Notes: a model not told the origin generated them from the letters alone. Shown: positions 28,757 through 38,456, counted from the stretch's first letter. The stretch: DNA of 64,000 nucleotides from Candidatus Multivoradales bacterium (GCA_965223325.1 CBDCWI010000002.1:512001-576000); one strand, 5' to 3'. A program made the numbers and translations.

Positions 28757-28805
28757 CTTCACCAACCCTTAACAGAGTCTTCATAAAGACGGACTTGCGG
28801 TTCAC
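28757..28805 (+). promoter_or_regulatory. PHO-box-like 11-bp periodic direct repeats
   Basis: CTTCAC (28757), CTTAAC (28768) and CTTCAT (28779) are exactly 11 bp apart, plus GTTCAC at 28800; upstream of phosphate genes. Confidence 0.6.
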
Positions 28806-29017
28806 ATAACGGCCGAATCAGAACCTGTTCGGGCCCTTCTTCTCTAAGGAACAGACTGGAGATGAAGATCCTCCGCTGGGCCGATGAACCCGGCCCGCAC
28901 ACGAGTCTCCTAGCCACCATGACCACCAATGCGACCCTGGTTTGTCTGGTTTGTCTGGCTTCTCCGGCTGGCCCTCGTCATCGACCGCCACTCGCGGTGG
29001 TGTTCTTCTTTTCTCTC

Positions 29018-29114
29018 GCGCACGGCGGTGAGGTCACCGTGCGCAGCGAACTCGGTCGCGGAACCTTGCTTCCGCCTCACTCTGCCTTCATCCAAGGAGC
29101 CGCAGATTTCCTGA
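29018..29114 (+). pseudogene. C-terminal remnant of a sensor histidine kinase (HATPase_c tail), frameshifted
   Basis: AHGGEVTVRSELGRGT continues after a 1-nt shift (~29066) as CFRLTLPSSKEPQIS-stop; no upstream kinase sequence remains. Confidence 0.75.
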
Positions 29115-29196
29115 GATCGCCGGGTGCCACGCGGGAACACGCGAGGAAGGTGCTAAGGTCCGTCTCGCTTTCCCCTGGTCTTTACGGAATCTTCAT

Positions 29197-30393
29197 ATGA
29201 CGTCTTCTCACGGCGACTCGAAGGGGCGTGCGGCGCCCTGGGCAACCCGGCTGTTTACCGTCCTCGCGCTGCTCTACATCTTCTGTATCGGCCTGGACAT
29301 GATGGGCTTGTCCTTCAAGCTCTTCGGCAAGGGCTTTGCGCAGCAGCTTCTCACGACCACCGCGAATCCCCTGGTCGGGCTGTTCATTGGCGTCCTGGCG
29401 ACCACTCTGGTGCAGAGCTCTTCGACGACGACCTCGATCGTCGTCGGTCTGGTTGCCGCCGGCGCAATCAGTATCGAGGGCGCAATCCCCCTCATCATGG
29501 GAGCCAATATCGGCACCTCAGTGACCAACACGATCGTTTCGCTAGGTCACGCCTCGCGGCGCGAGGAGTTCCGTCGCGCGTTTGCCGGCGCGACCGTGCA
29601 CGACTTCTTCAACTGGCTGGCGGTGCTCGTCCTGCTACCGATTGAGGTCTTTTTCGGACCGATCCAGGCGATCTCGACCTGGATGACAGAGGTCCTCGAC
29701 GGGGTCGGCGGCGTGAAGCTCTTCAACCCCCTGCGTGAAGTCGTACGGCCCGCCGCCGAAGCGCTTTCGGGCCTGGTCAACGAGTCGGGGGTTCTGACCC
29801 TCCTGATCGGCATCGCCCTCTTGTTCTTCGCGCTGCGCTATCTCGTCCGCGTCCTGCGCTCGAGTTTGACCGGTGAAGCCGAACAGATTCTCCACCGCAC
29901 GCTCTTCCGCTCGGCAACTGCCGCGGTCCTTGCCGGGATCGCGGTCACCGTGATGGTTCAGTCCAGTTCGGTGACCACTTCGGCCATCGTGCCACTCGTC
30001 GGCGCCGGCGTGATTTCTCTCGAACAGCTCTTTCCGTTGACCATCGGTGCCAACATCGGCACGACGGTCACCGCGATGCTCGCTGCTCTGGCAACCGGCG
30101 AGTCGGCCGCGATTACCGTGGCGTTTTCTCACCTGACCTTCAACATCATGGGCACCCTGATCTTCTTCGTGCCTCCGCCGCTGCGCCGCGTGCCCCTGGC
30201 GATGGCCCGCTGGATGGGCGATCTCGCAGCCCGTAACCGTGCAGCGGCGGCCGCCTACGTCCTCGGCACGTTCTATGGTGTTCCTCTGCTTCTCATACTC
30301 TTGACCGGCGCGTTCGGCGACAAGCCCGACACCGCGACCACTTCGGCACCTGACACGCCAGCGGCCAGCGCGAGCGTCGATCCCACCCACTGA
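29197..30393 (+). CDS. nptA: Na+/phosphate symporter (NptA/SLC34 family)
   Basis: Two QSSS and two GANIGT signatures; AGATVHDFFN. Confidence 0.92.
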   Translation: MTSSHGDSKGRAAPWATRLFTVLALLYIFCIGLDMMGLSFKLFGKGFAQQLLTTTANPLVGLFIGVLATTLVQSSSTTTSIVVGLVAAGAISIEGAIPLIMGANIGTSVTNTIVSLGHASRREEFRRAFAGATVHDFFNWLAVLVLLPIEVFFGPIQAISTWMTEVLDGVGGVKLFNPLREVVRPAAEALSGLVNESGVLTLLIGIALLFFALRYLVRVLRSSLTGEAEQILHRTLFRSATAAVLAGIAVTVMVQSSSVTTSAIVPLVGAGVISLEQLFPLTIGANIGTTVTAMLAALATGESAAITVAFSHLTFNIMGTLIFFVPPPLRRVPLAMARWMGDLAARNRAAAAAYVLGTFYGVPLLLILLTGAFGDKPDTATTSAPDTPAASASVDPTH

Positions 30394-30402
30394 GGTATTC
30401 CC

Positions 30403-31056
30403 ATGTTCAAGAAGCTTTTTGGCGACACGGCGGGCTCGGCCCTCATCGAAGAGTCCTTCCGCGAGGTCACGACGATGATCGAGCAGTCCGAACGAATGTA
30501 CAACCACGCCATCGCGGCTCTGCTCGACAATGCGCCGCTCGAAGTCGATCTCGAAGACCTCGACGACGTCGTCGACGAAGCCGAACAACGAGTCCGGCGA
30601 CGAGTGCTCGAGCACCTCGCGATCAGGCCCGATCAGGACCTGGTCTCCTGTCTACTCCTGATGAGCCTGGTTCAAGACGGCGAACGCGTTGGCGACTTCG
30701 CCCGCGGACTTGTCGAACTCGTGCCGCTGGCGCGATCTGAGCGTGTGGGACCCTTCGCTAGCCGGCTACGCGCTGCTTCGGAGGTAACGCGCGCCCTGTT
30801 CACCGACACTCGCCGCGCCCTGGTCGACGAAAACGCCGACCTCGCGGTCCGCGTTACCGACGCGGCGCGCGAGAACAAGCGCGAGATGATCGCGCTCACT
30901 GCGGATCTCGCGGCCAGCGACGCGAGCGCCGACATGGCGGTGGTCTATTCGGGTGCAGCACGGATCTTGCGCCGCATTACCTCGCATCTGAGTAACATGT
31001 GTTCGACGGTTTCACAGCCGTTCCATCGCATTCGCCACGACGACGAAGAGGCCTGA
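30403..31056 (+). CDS. PhoU-like helical-bundle protein
   Basis: DDVVDEAE..VRRRVLEHL, DGERVGD, RRITSHLSN; follows the Na/Pi symporter. Confidence 0.8.
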   Translation: MFKKLFGDTAGSALIEESFREVTTMIEQSERMYNHAIAALLDNAPLEVDLEDLDDVVDEAEQRVRRRVLEHLAIRPDQDLVSCLLLMSLVQDGERVGDFARGLVELVPLARSERVGPFASRLRAASEVTRALFTDTRRALVDENADLAVRVTDAARENKREMIALTADLAASDASADMAVVYSGAARILRRITSHLSNMCSTVSQPFHRIRHDDEEA

Positions 31057-31135
31057 GAGCTGCCAGTGAGGGCTTGGGCTTCGTGAGGCCAGAGCCACGA
31101 GCAAACCATCTTCCAAGGGTCCTGCCCCCCGGGTC

Positions 31136-33586
31136 GTGCACCGGAAGGGGACCCGGACACCTTTCCTTCGCGGCATGGTCACTCACGACCTGGTGCGTCG
31201 AGGCCTCGCCTTCGACGACGCCTATGCCGTCGCGCACGCCGTGCGGGCGGCGCTGGCAGATCGCTCGGAGGTCACCACCTCTGAACTGCGCGACATCATC
31301 AACGCCGAGCTCGAAGTTCTGGTGCCCGGCCAGGTCGACTCCGAGCCCACCGAGCCGCAGCCACCCACGCTGGCGGTGACCTACGGCGGCGAGCGCCAGC
31401 CCTTCTCCCGCGGCCTGCTGGCGCGCAGCCTCTACGGTGCCGGGATCGACCTCGACCACGCCTACTCCCTGGTCCTCCAGATTCAGCGGCAACTGGTGTC
31501 CGAACGGGTCGAGTCGATCGACGCACACGCGCTCTCAGAGCGCATGGCCGAGATTCTCGAGGAAGAGATCGGCGAACGCGAGGCCCGGCGCTACCGGCTC
31601 ATCCGGAGGCTGCAACGGCTGCCACAACCGTTGGTGATCTACTGCGCCGGCGCCACTGGTACCGGCAAGTCGACACTTTCGCTCGAGTTGGCGCCCCTCC
31701 TGCACACCTTCCGCATCACCTCCACCGACACTATCCGTGAAGTCATGCGCATGGTGTTCTCGCCGAGCATTCTCCCGGCACTCCATCGCAGCAGCTTCGA
31801 GAGTGCCGAAGCCACGGAAAAGCTAGCGGGCGAAGAAGACGACGCCCACCTCTTGCGCTCCTACGAGGAACAAGCGATCCGCGTCTGCGTTGGCGTGCGG
31901 GCAGTGGTCGAGCGTGCGCTGGCCGAGAACCAGAACATCCTGGTCGAGGGAGTGCACCTCTTGCCATCGGTGGTGCCATTCGGTGATCTCGAGGGCGCCG
32001 CCTATCAAGAGATGATCCTGCTTACGACCCTCGACGAGGAAACGCACCGCAGTCATTTTCTCGCCCGGGGACTATCGTCGGCGCGCCAACCTGAACGCTA
32101 CCTGGAGTACTTTCCTGCTATTCGCCTCCAGCAGGAGCGCTTGATCGAACTGGCCGAAGAACGCGACATACCACTCCTCGACACCGCCGAGCGCGATCCG
32201 TTCGCACCGCGTGCCCTGCAGATGCTCTCGACCTCTCTCGAATCGAAACTGCCGTGGCTGGCAGAGGCCGAACAGGTCGAGCCACGGGCCGTCCCGGGCG
32301 TGCTGCTGATTCTCGACGGCGCTCCCGACCACCCGCTGCGAGCCCTTGGTGCCCGCACACCTCTCCAGGTAGCGGAGACCCCCAACCTCGACCGACTGGC
32401 AAAGGAAGGCATCTCAGGCCTCGCTGATCCTGTGGCGGCCGGCGTCGTACCCGACACCGCCAGCGGCAACCTGTCGATCTTTAGCCAGTCGCCGCACGCC
32501 ATGAAGCGTGGACCAATCGAAGCAATTGGTGCCAGCCTGCGGCCGTCGCAAGAGGACCCGAGAGTCCTGGTCGCAGGCGGAACGACCGCTCAGGGTGCGG
32601 TGATCGTACCGCGCGTCGACGACATCTGCCTGCGCGCGAACCTCGCCACTCTCGACGACGAAGGGCGAGTCGTCGACCGCCGTGCCGGCCGCATCCGCGA
32701 CGGAGTTGCGGAGCTGGTCGCGGCACTCAACGAGATCGAGATCGATGCTCGAGGCTTCAAGGGGGTGCAGCTACGAGTCATCGCCGCAACCGAGCATCGC
32801 ATTGCGCTGGTCCTTCGCGGGCGTCGTTTGTCACCGAGCATCCATGGCAGTGACCCCGGTCAGGCGGCGCCGCCCGGGCCGCCACTCGTTCCAGCTGCGG
32901 TCGAAGAGGGTGACCGCGAGGCCGAACGCACAGCGCGCTTCCTCCAACTCTTCGAACAGCGCGCCCGCGAAGTCCTGGCCGCCCACCCACTCAACGAGAA
33001 GCGCAAGAAGGAGGGGCTTCTGCCTGCCAACGTGATCCTCTCGCGCGGTGCTGGCCGGGTCCATCGGTTGCAGCCCATCGAGCATCACGGTCGCGAGTTG
33101 TCGCTGGCCTGCGTCGGAGGCGACCGCACCGTCCTCGGTATCGCCTCATTTCTCGGTGCCGAGGTGGTCCAGGCAGACGGTATGACCGCCAACCTCGATA
33201 CCGATCTCGACGCCAAGTTTGATCGCGCCTTCCGCCTGGCCAAAAAGCACGATCTGGTCGTCGTGCACTTCAAGGGCGCCGACATCGCGGCGCACGACCG
33301 GCGCGCCGATCTCAAGATCGAGTACCTCGAGAGGTTCGACGCTGCCCTGGGTCGCTTTCTCGAGAAGACCAGCAAGCGAAAGAAGCATCGGGTACGCGTC
33401 GCGGTGGCCTCAGACCACACCACCGTTTCTGAGACCGGTCAACACGACGCCGACCCGGTCCCAGTCGTCGTCTGGGGCCCCGGTGTCGAAAGCGATGAAG
33501 TCGAGGCCTTCGACGAAGCGTCGGCTGGAGAGGGCGCGCTCGAGAGGATCCCCCTTCAACTCCTGATCAGCCGGTTGTTCGCTTGA
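31136..33586 (+). CDS. Fusion: tandem ATP-cone + 2-phosphoglycerate-kinase-like P-loop domain + ApgM-type cofactor-independent phosphoglycerate mutase domain
   Basis: PFLRGM and PFSRGLLARSL ATP-cones; GATGTGKS, STDTIREVMR, VEGVHL; then ILDGAPD, TPNLDRLAKEG, HFKGADIAAHD, ASDH, HDADPVP metal ligands. Start may be upstream (ACG 31097). Confidence 0.82.
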   Translation: MHRKGTRTPFLRGMVTHDLVRRGLAFDDAYAVAHAVRAALADRSEVTTSELRDIINAELEVLVPGQVDSEPTEPQPPTLAVTYGGERQPFSRGLLARSLYGAGIDLDHAYSLVLQIQRQLVSERVESIDAHALSERMAEILEEEIGEREARRYRLIRRLQRLPQPLVIYCAGATGTGKSTLSLELAPLLHTFRITSTDTIREVMRMVFSPSILPALHRSSFESAEATEKLAGEEDDAHLLRSYEEQAIRVCVGVRAVVERALAENQNILVEGVHLLPSVVPFGDLEGAAYQEMILLTTLDEETHRSHFLARGLSSARQPERYLEYFPAIRLQQERLIELAEERDIPLLDTAERDPFAPRALQMLSTSLESKLPWLAEAEQVEPRAVPGVLLILDGAPDHPLRALGARTPLQVAETPNLDRLAKEGISGLADPVAAGVVPDTASGNLSIFSQSPHAMKRGPIEAIGASLRPSQEDPRVLVAGGTTAQGAVIVPRVDDICLRANLATLDDEGRVVDRRAGRIRDGVAELVAALNEIEIDARGFKGVQLRVIAATEHRIALVLRGRRLSPSIHGSDPGQAAPPGPPLVPAAVEEGDREAERTARFLQLFEQRAREVLAAHPLNEKRKKEGLLPANVILSRGAGRVHRLQPIEHHGRELSLACVGGDRTVLGIASFLGAEVVQADGMTANLDTDLDAKFDRAFRLAKKHDLVVVHFKGADIAAHDRRADLKIEYLERFDAALGRFLEKTSKRKKHRVRVAVASDHTTVSETGQHDADPVPVVVWGPGVESDEVEAFDEASAGEGALERIPLQLLISRLFA

Positions 33587-35163
33587 GTCCCCTCGGCAAG
33601 AAGGCAGAGGCCGGCTGGCCCGAGCGCGAGCGTAGAGCCAATCAACCACAGCAGGTCGGAATCATCGATCTCGGTTCGAACACCGCCCGGCTCGCGGTCT
33701 ATCGCTACATCCCCGGCACCTGGTACCGATTGACCGACTCGATTCGCGAACCGACTCGCCTCGCCGAAGGTGCCACCCGCGACGGCAAGCTCAAGCGAAA
33801 GGCCATGGAGCGCGCGCAGGCGGCGGTCGAGTTGTTCGCCGACTTCGCCGAGGCCGCCGGACTGCCGCATGTCGAAGTGCTGGCGACCAGTGCCGTTCGC
33901 GAAGCGCAGAATGGCGACGAGATGCTAGCGCGCATCGCACCCCTTGATCTTCCTCTCGCCGTTCTTTCGGGCTCCGATGAAGCGCAGCTGGGTGTCCTGG
34001 CTGTTGCCAACAGCGTCGAGTACGAGGACGCTTGGGTCATCGACCTTGGCGGCGGCAGCGTGCAGGTCTCATCGATGATCGGGCGGCGTTTCGAGCATGG
34101 CCAGGCCTACCCGCTCGGTGCGGTTCGGATGACCGAAGAAGCGCTCGGTGGTGGGCACAAGCGCATTACCAAAAAGATGGTCAAGAAGCTCGAAAGCCGG
34201 GTCTCGAAGGAGCTCTCAGACATCACCCGTCTGATGGCGGCGGACAAACGACCGATCGTCGCGCTCGGCGGTAGCGTGCGCAACCTGGCCCGCATCGTCC
34301 AGCGCCAGACCTCGAACTATCCCATCGTTCCCATCCACGGCTATCGCCTGACACGTGACGCCGTCGAGCAGCTAACGGTGCGCCTGCTCCAGATGACCGC
34401 CGCCGAGCGCGCAGCCGTGCCGGGCCTCAACCTCGATCGCGCCGACATCATTCCCGCCGCGGCACTCGTTTACCGCTGGATCTTGCGCTCCAGCGGGCGA
34501 GAACGCATCACCATTTCTGGCGACGGAATGCGCGAAGGCGCCTTCCACCGTCATTTCCTGCCTGCACCACACCTCGTTCGAGACGTGCGAACTTTCGGCG
34601 TCATGAACGTTTTCGGGCAGTACGAACAACCTCTCTCCCATACCGACAAGGTTCGTTCACTCAGTCTTTCGCTCTTCGATCAACTCGAAACACGACACCA
34701 GCTCTCGAGCTCCTGGCGAGAGATTCTCTGGGCGGCGGCCACCCTGCACGACATCGGCATGACGATCGACTATCACCGTCACCATCGTCACGGGCAAATG
34801 CTGGTCGAGGCATCTCCCCTACCCGGCTGGACCCACCGCGAACAAGCAATCATCGCTCAGCTCATCCGTCACCATCGCAAGGGTGAACCGGTCATGCAGG
34901 AACTGGCCGAGGTTCTCGATGATCAGGACTGTTCGGCGTTTCTGGTCCTGGTCACGCTCCTGCGCATCGCTGAGTCGCTCGAAAGGTCACGAACCGGGCG
35001 CGTGGCCGCAGTTCGGATCCATCTGAAGAAGAGCGCGGTGAAGATAGACGTCTTCGCTGAAGAGGAACCGGCAATCGAGATCTGGGAGGCCGGTAAGCAT
35101 GCCAGCCTCTTCGAGCGCGCGCTCGATCGACCCCTCGAGATTCGTTGGAAGGAGCCGTCCTGA
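33583..35163 (+). CDS. ppx: Ppx/GppA exopolyphosphatase with C-terminal HD domain
   Basis: IDLGSNT, ATSAVREA, IDLGGGS, GMREG, LHDIG; TTG start overlaps the previous stop. Confidence 0.9.
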   Translation: MSPLGKKAEAGWPERERRANQPQQVGIIDLGSNTARLAVYRYIPGTWYRLTDSIREPTRLAEGATRDGKLKRKAMERAQAAVELFADFAEAAGLPHVEVLATSAVREAQNGDEMLARIAPLDLPLAVLSGSDEAQLGVLAVANSVEYEDAWVIDLGGGSVQVSSMIGRRFEHGQAYPLGAVRMTEEALGGGHKRITKKMVKKLESRVSKELSDITRLMAADKRPIVALGGSVRNLARIVQRQTSNYPIVPIHGYRLTRDAVEQLTVRLLQMTAAERAAVPGLNLDRADIIPAAALVYRWILRSSGRERITISGDGMREGAFHRHFLPAPHLVRDVRTFGVMNVFGQYEQPLSHTDKVRSLSLSLFDQLETRHQLSSSWREILWAAATLHDIGMTIDYHRHHRHGQMLVEASPLPGWTHREQAIIAQLIRHHRKGEPVMQELAEVLDDQDCSAFLVLVTLLRIAESLERSRTGRVAAVRIHLKKSAVKIDVFAEEEPAIEIWEAGKHASLFERALDRPLEIRWKEPS

Positions 35164-35166
35164 CTG

Positions 35167-36483
35167 TCAGCTGCTAGAGCGTGCCGGTAGCACGCGACCT
35201 CGACACTCGCCGAAACCGATCGACTGGAAGCCAGAACGCTCGCAGCGACCCCGAAGAATCAGCTCGTCGCCGTCTTCGAGGAACGCGCGTTCCTCTCCGT
35301 TGGGGAGTTTCAGAGGTTCGCTTCCCCGACGCGTGATCTCCATCAGACTGCCAAGCGACTCTTCGCTCGCTCCCGAGACCGTTCCGGTCGCCATCAAGTC
35401 GCCAGGGTTGAGGTTGCAACCGTTCGAGCTGTGGTGGGTCACCATCTGAGCAAGTGTCCAATAGATGTCGCGAAGTGACCCGCAGCTCAAGAGATGCGGG
35501 CTGAAGTCGCCAGCACGCATCGATTCGGTTTCGAGAAAAACCTCGAGCGTCACGTCGAAGCCCGCCTGAAGCGGGTCGGCACCTTCGGTCAGGTAGGACA
35601 ACGGTTGCGGATCACCGTCCGGGCGTTCGAACTCGGGCGCCCGAAAGGGCGCCAGGGCCTCGAGGGTCACGACCCACGGCGAGACGGTGGTGGCGAAGCT
35701 CTTGCCCAGGAAGGGACCGAGGGGTTGGTACTCCCAGCCCTGTATGTCGCGGGCCGACCAATCGTTCAACAGGCACAAACCGAAAATGTGTTCTTCGGCA
35801 TGCGCCACATCGATCGGCGACCCCAGTGGGTTGCCTGGGCCAATGTAGAAGCCGACCTCGAGCTCATAGTCGAGCAAGCGAGAGGGTCCAAAACTCGGCG
35901 CATCGTCGCTCGGCGCCTTGCGCTGACCGGAAGGGCGATGAAACGGCGTTCCGCTGGCGATGACCGACGACGCGCGACCGTGGTAGCCAATCGGAATGTG
36001 CTTGTAGTTCGGAAGCAACGGATTATCGGGCCGAAACAGCTTGCCGATGTTGGTGGCGTGATAGACCGACGCATAGAAGTCGGTGTAGTCGCGGACCGAG
36101 GTTGGAACACACAGTGTTGCCGCTGCCATCGGCACCAGGCATTTCTCTACCGCTTGACGCTCTCGATCGTCGGAGAGAAGCTGCGACACGACCGCACGCA
36201 CCGCACTCCATGCCCCGGACCCGAGCGCCGCTAGAGCGTCGAGGTTGGTGCTCTGGCAGGCGGCCCGAACCTCAGGCGAGAGCGAATCAACCAGGCCGGC
36301 GTCGCAAAGTGCGGAGAGATCGACGATCTGATCACCGATCGCCACCCCGACCCCGGTGGTCATATCAGCGCCACTGGAGAAGCGGCCGAAGGGGAGGTTC
36401 TGGATCGGGAACTCAGTCTCACCGGTGGCGCTCTCGAGCCAGCTGGTGAGGCTCTGTCGATGGGTTTCATTCAGCCCCGTCAT
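35167..36483 (-). CDS. fahA: Fumarylacetoacetase
   Basis: FPIQNLPFG, DYTDFYAS..HA, PIGYHGRASS, LDYELE, NDWSARDIQ, LGPFLGKSF. Confidence 0.95.
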   Translation of the reverse strand: MTGLNETHRQSLTSWLESATGETEFPIQNLPFGRFSSGADMTTGVGVAIGDQIVDLSALCDAGLVDSLSPEVRAACQSTNLDALAALGSGAWSAVRAVVSQLLSDDRERQAVEKCLVPMAAATLCVPTSVRDYTDFYASVYHATNIGKLFRPDNPLLPNYKHIPIGYHGRASSVIASGTPFHRPSGQRKAPSDDAPSFGPSRLLDYELEVGFYIGPGNPLGSPIDVAHAEEHIFGLCLLNDWSARDIQGWEYQPLGPFLGKSFATTVSPWVVTLEALAPFRAPEFERPDGDPQPLSYLTEGADPLQAGFDVTLEVFLETESMRAGDFSPHLLSCGSLRDIYWTLAQMVTHHSSNGCNLNPGDLMATGTVSGASEESLGSLMEITRRGSEPLKLPNGEERAFLEDGDELILRGRCERSGFQSIGFGECRGRVLPARSSS

Positions 36484-36508
36484 GTCAACACTCCCCAACT
36501 CAACTCTC

Positions 36509-37501
36509 TCATTTCAGGCTCTCTTCCAGGAAGCCATGCAGCGCCTCGGCGGCGTCACGGATCACCCAGCCCATCGATTGCAGGTCGTCGACCGGCTCCT
36601 CGAAGCTACAGGAACCGAAAGAGACGAAACTCATGCGCCTCATGCGTCGCAAGTGTTCCGTGTCGAAAGCGGTGTCCCGCCAGTGAAACGCATCGCCCTC
36701 TGTTGTGAAGTTCGTGTTGTCGACATCGAGGAGAATCTCCTCGAGATCGCCGGCTTCGCCGCCTGACGCAGCCTCGGCACGCGCCGCTGCGGCGAGCAGG
36801 TTCAAGAAGCCATGCATCCGTGCACGCGGTGGATCGTTCTCGTAGGTCAAGGCCTGCTCGGCGCGCACCGGATGATGAAGGCCAGCGGTTGCCTTCCAGG
36901 GCACCCCATAGCGCTGACAGGCAGCGACAAAGCGCGCAACCTCGGTGGCGGGCGGAATCATCTCGGCGACGACGCCGCCCGTGCGCACCTTGGCCAGGCC
37001 ACCCACCTCGGCAATGGCTGCCAGCCGCGCATCGAGGTCGCTATCGACCGGCGTTTCGTAGAACACCAGAACCCCACCACGCTGGCGCTCGTGGAACAGC
37101 CGAATCTCATCGGGCTCGGCAGGCCGCACCTCGAGCGCTTGAATCCGCACCTCGCCAGCCGTCGTTTGCGATGAGAGGAGATGGAGCTCGGTCGCCAGGC
37201 TCTCGAGCCGACCCCGTGCCTCGCAGAGGTCACCACGCACGAGAACCGAGAGCGGCCAGACAGTGCCCTCGGAGAGTTCCGCGGCCTCGATGACCTCCAG
37301 CAGCTCGACGACCCGTTCGAGCGGAATGACGAAGCTACCCAACATCCAACCGAACGGCGACCGCTGATAGCGGGCGAAGCGCGTCGCCGCGTCCGGCAAC
37401 TCGAGACTGGCGGGAGGGAACAGGCCCGCGTAATCGACCAGTGACTCCAAAAGCACGCGCGACGCCGAGGCATCACGCGCCTCATCAGATCGAAGCGTCA
37501 A
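36509..37501 (-). CDS. Conserved hypothetical protein in the homogentisate operon
   Basis: DYAGLFPPA, KVRTGG, KATAGLHHP, HGFLN, FGSCSFEEP; overlaps the phhA stop and is co-oriented. Confidence 0.85.
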   Translation of the reverse strand: MTLRSDEARDASASRVLLESLVDYAGLFPPASLELPDAATRFARYQRSPFGWMLGSFVIPLERVVELLEVIEAAELSEGTVWPLSVLVRGDLCEARGRLESLATELHLLSSQTTAGEVRIQALEVRPAEPDEIRLFHERQRGGVLVFYETPVDSDLDARLAAIAEVGGLAKVRTGGVVAEMIPPATEVARFVAACQRYGVPWKATAGLHHPVRAEQALTYENDPPRARMHGFLNLLAAAARAEAASGGEAGDLEEILLDVDNTNFTTEGDAFHWRDTAFDTEHLRRMRRMSFVSFGSCSFEEPVDDLQSMGWVIRDAAEALHGFLEESLK

Positions 37502-38414
37502 GAAACGACTCCAGGTCCTCTTCGTTGATCAACGGCTCTCCCGGCGAAACGTTGTAGAGCTTGCCTTCTCTCACCCAACGATCGAGCCGATCGACCTCGT
37601 GGTAGAGGTGTTCGAAACTGTCGACGACGAACAAGAGGGGCTGCACGTGATCGATCTCGAAGTACTGGTTCACCACCCACTCCAACTTGAAGGGGTAACG
37701 TTGGACGTCGGGCGACAAGAGGCAGTACTCGATTTCTTCCGCCGAGCTCAGAAGTCCCGAACCGTAGACGCAGAGCTCCTCGGAGTCGGGGCGCTTCATC
37801 AAACCGAACTCGACTGTGAACCAGAAGAAGCGTGCCATCGCTTTGATCACCGACTCGACAGCCGCCAGGCGACGGTCGTGGTCTTCGATCTTCTGCAGGT
37901 CGATGGCCGCCGAACGCGCAACGTCACCGAAGCGCACCAGAATGTCTGAGAACACCCGGTCGGTGTGCATCGGCACGTGACCCGAGAGATCATGGAAGAT
38001 GTCGGGCTCCGGCAGGTACTCGAGCCGCTCGCCGGCACGGATGGTAATCGTGGTTGGAAACTCGCGACGCCGGAGGCAGTCGAAGAAGAGATACGCCGGA
38101 ACGTAGCCGCTGACCGGCTTCGACTCGAAGCCCGAAAGCGGCGCAAGGAACTCATTGACCTCCTCGAGACGCGGAATACGCTCCGGGTTGAGCGCCAGTC
38201 GCTCGACTCCCACCAGGAACTGTGGATGGGCGTAGCGCTTCCACTTCTCCTCGAGGGCGGCGTAGAGCCGCCGCCAGGTCTCGTGGTTCTCCTCGCTGTA
38301 GAGCTCGTAGGGCTGTTCGATGAAAAGCTCCCCGCGATTGCGCGACTCTTCGATGAAGGCGGCTTTGGTCGTGGTGAGCCCCTTCGGGGTGCTGCTGGTT
38401 GGAGAGACGGTCAT
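37485..38414 (-). CDS. phhA: Phenylalanine 4-hydroxylase
   Basis: EPDIFHDLSGHVP iron ligands, WFTVEFGL, YGSGLLSS. Confidence 0.92.
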   Translation of the reverse strand: MTVSPTSSTPKGLTTTKAAFIEESRNRGELFIEQPYELYSEENHETWRRLYAALEEKWKRYAHPQFLVGVERLALNPERIPRLEEVNEFLAPLSGFESKPVSGYVPAYLFFDCLRRREFPTTITIRAGERLEYLPEPDIFHDLSGHVPMHTDRVFSDILVRFGDVARSAAIDLQKIEDHDRRLAAVESVIKAMARFFWFTVEFGLMKRPDSEELCVYGSGLLSSAEEIEYCLLSPDVQRYPFKLEWVVNQYFEIDHVQPLLFVVDSFEHLYHEVDRLDRWVREGKLYNVSPGEPLINEEDLESFLDASI

Positions 38415-38456
38415 GCTTGACTCCTCGAGTGCATTCCTTGGACGGGTGATTGCCGC

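Noticed and set aside
28862-29200. 112-aa ORF as a functional gene
   Set aside because: Looks like a chimera of a start region and a frameshifted kinase tail; treated as a scar.
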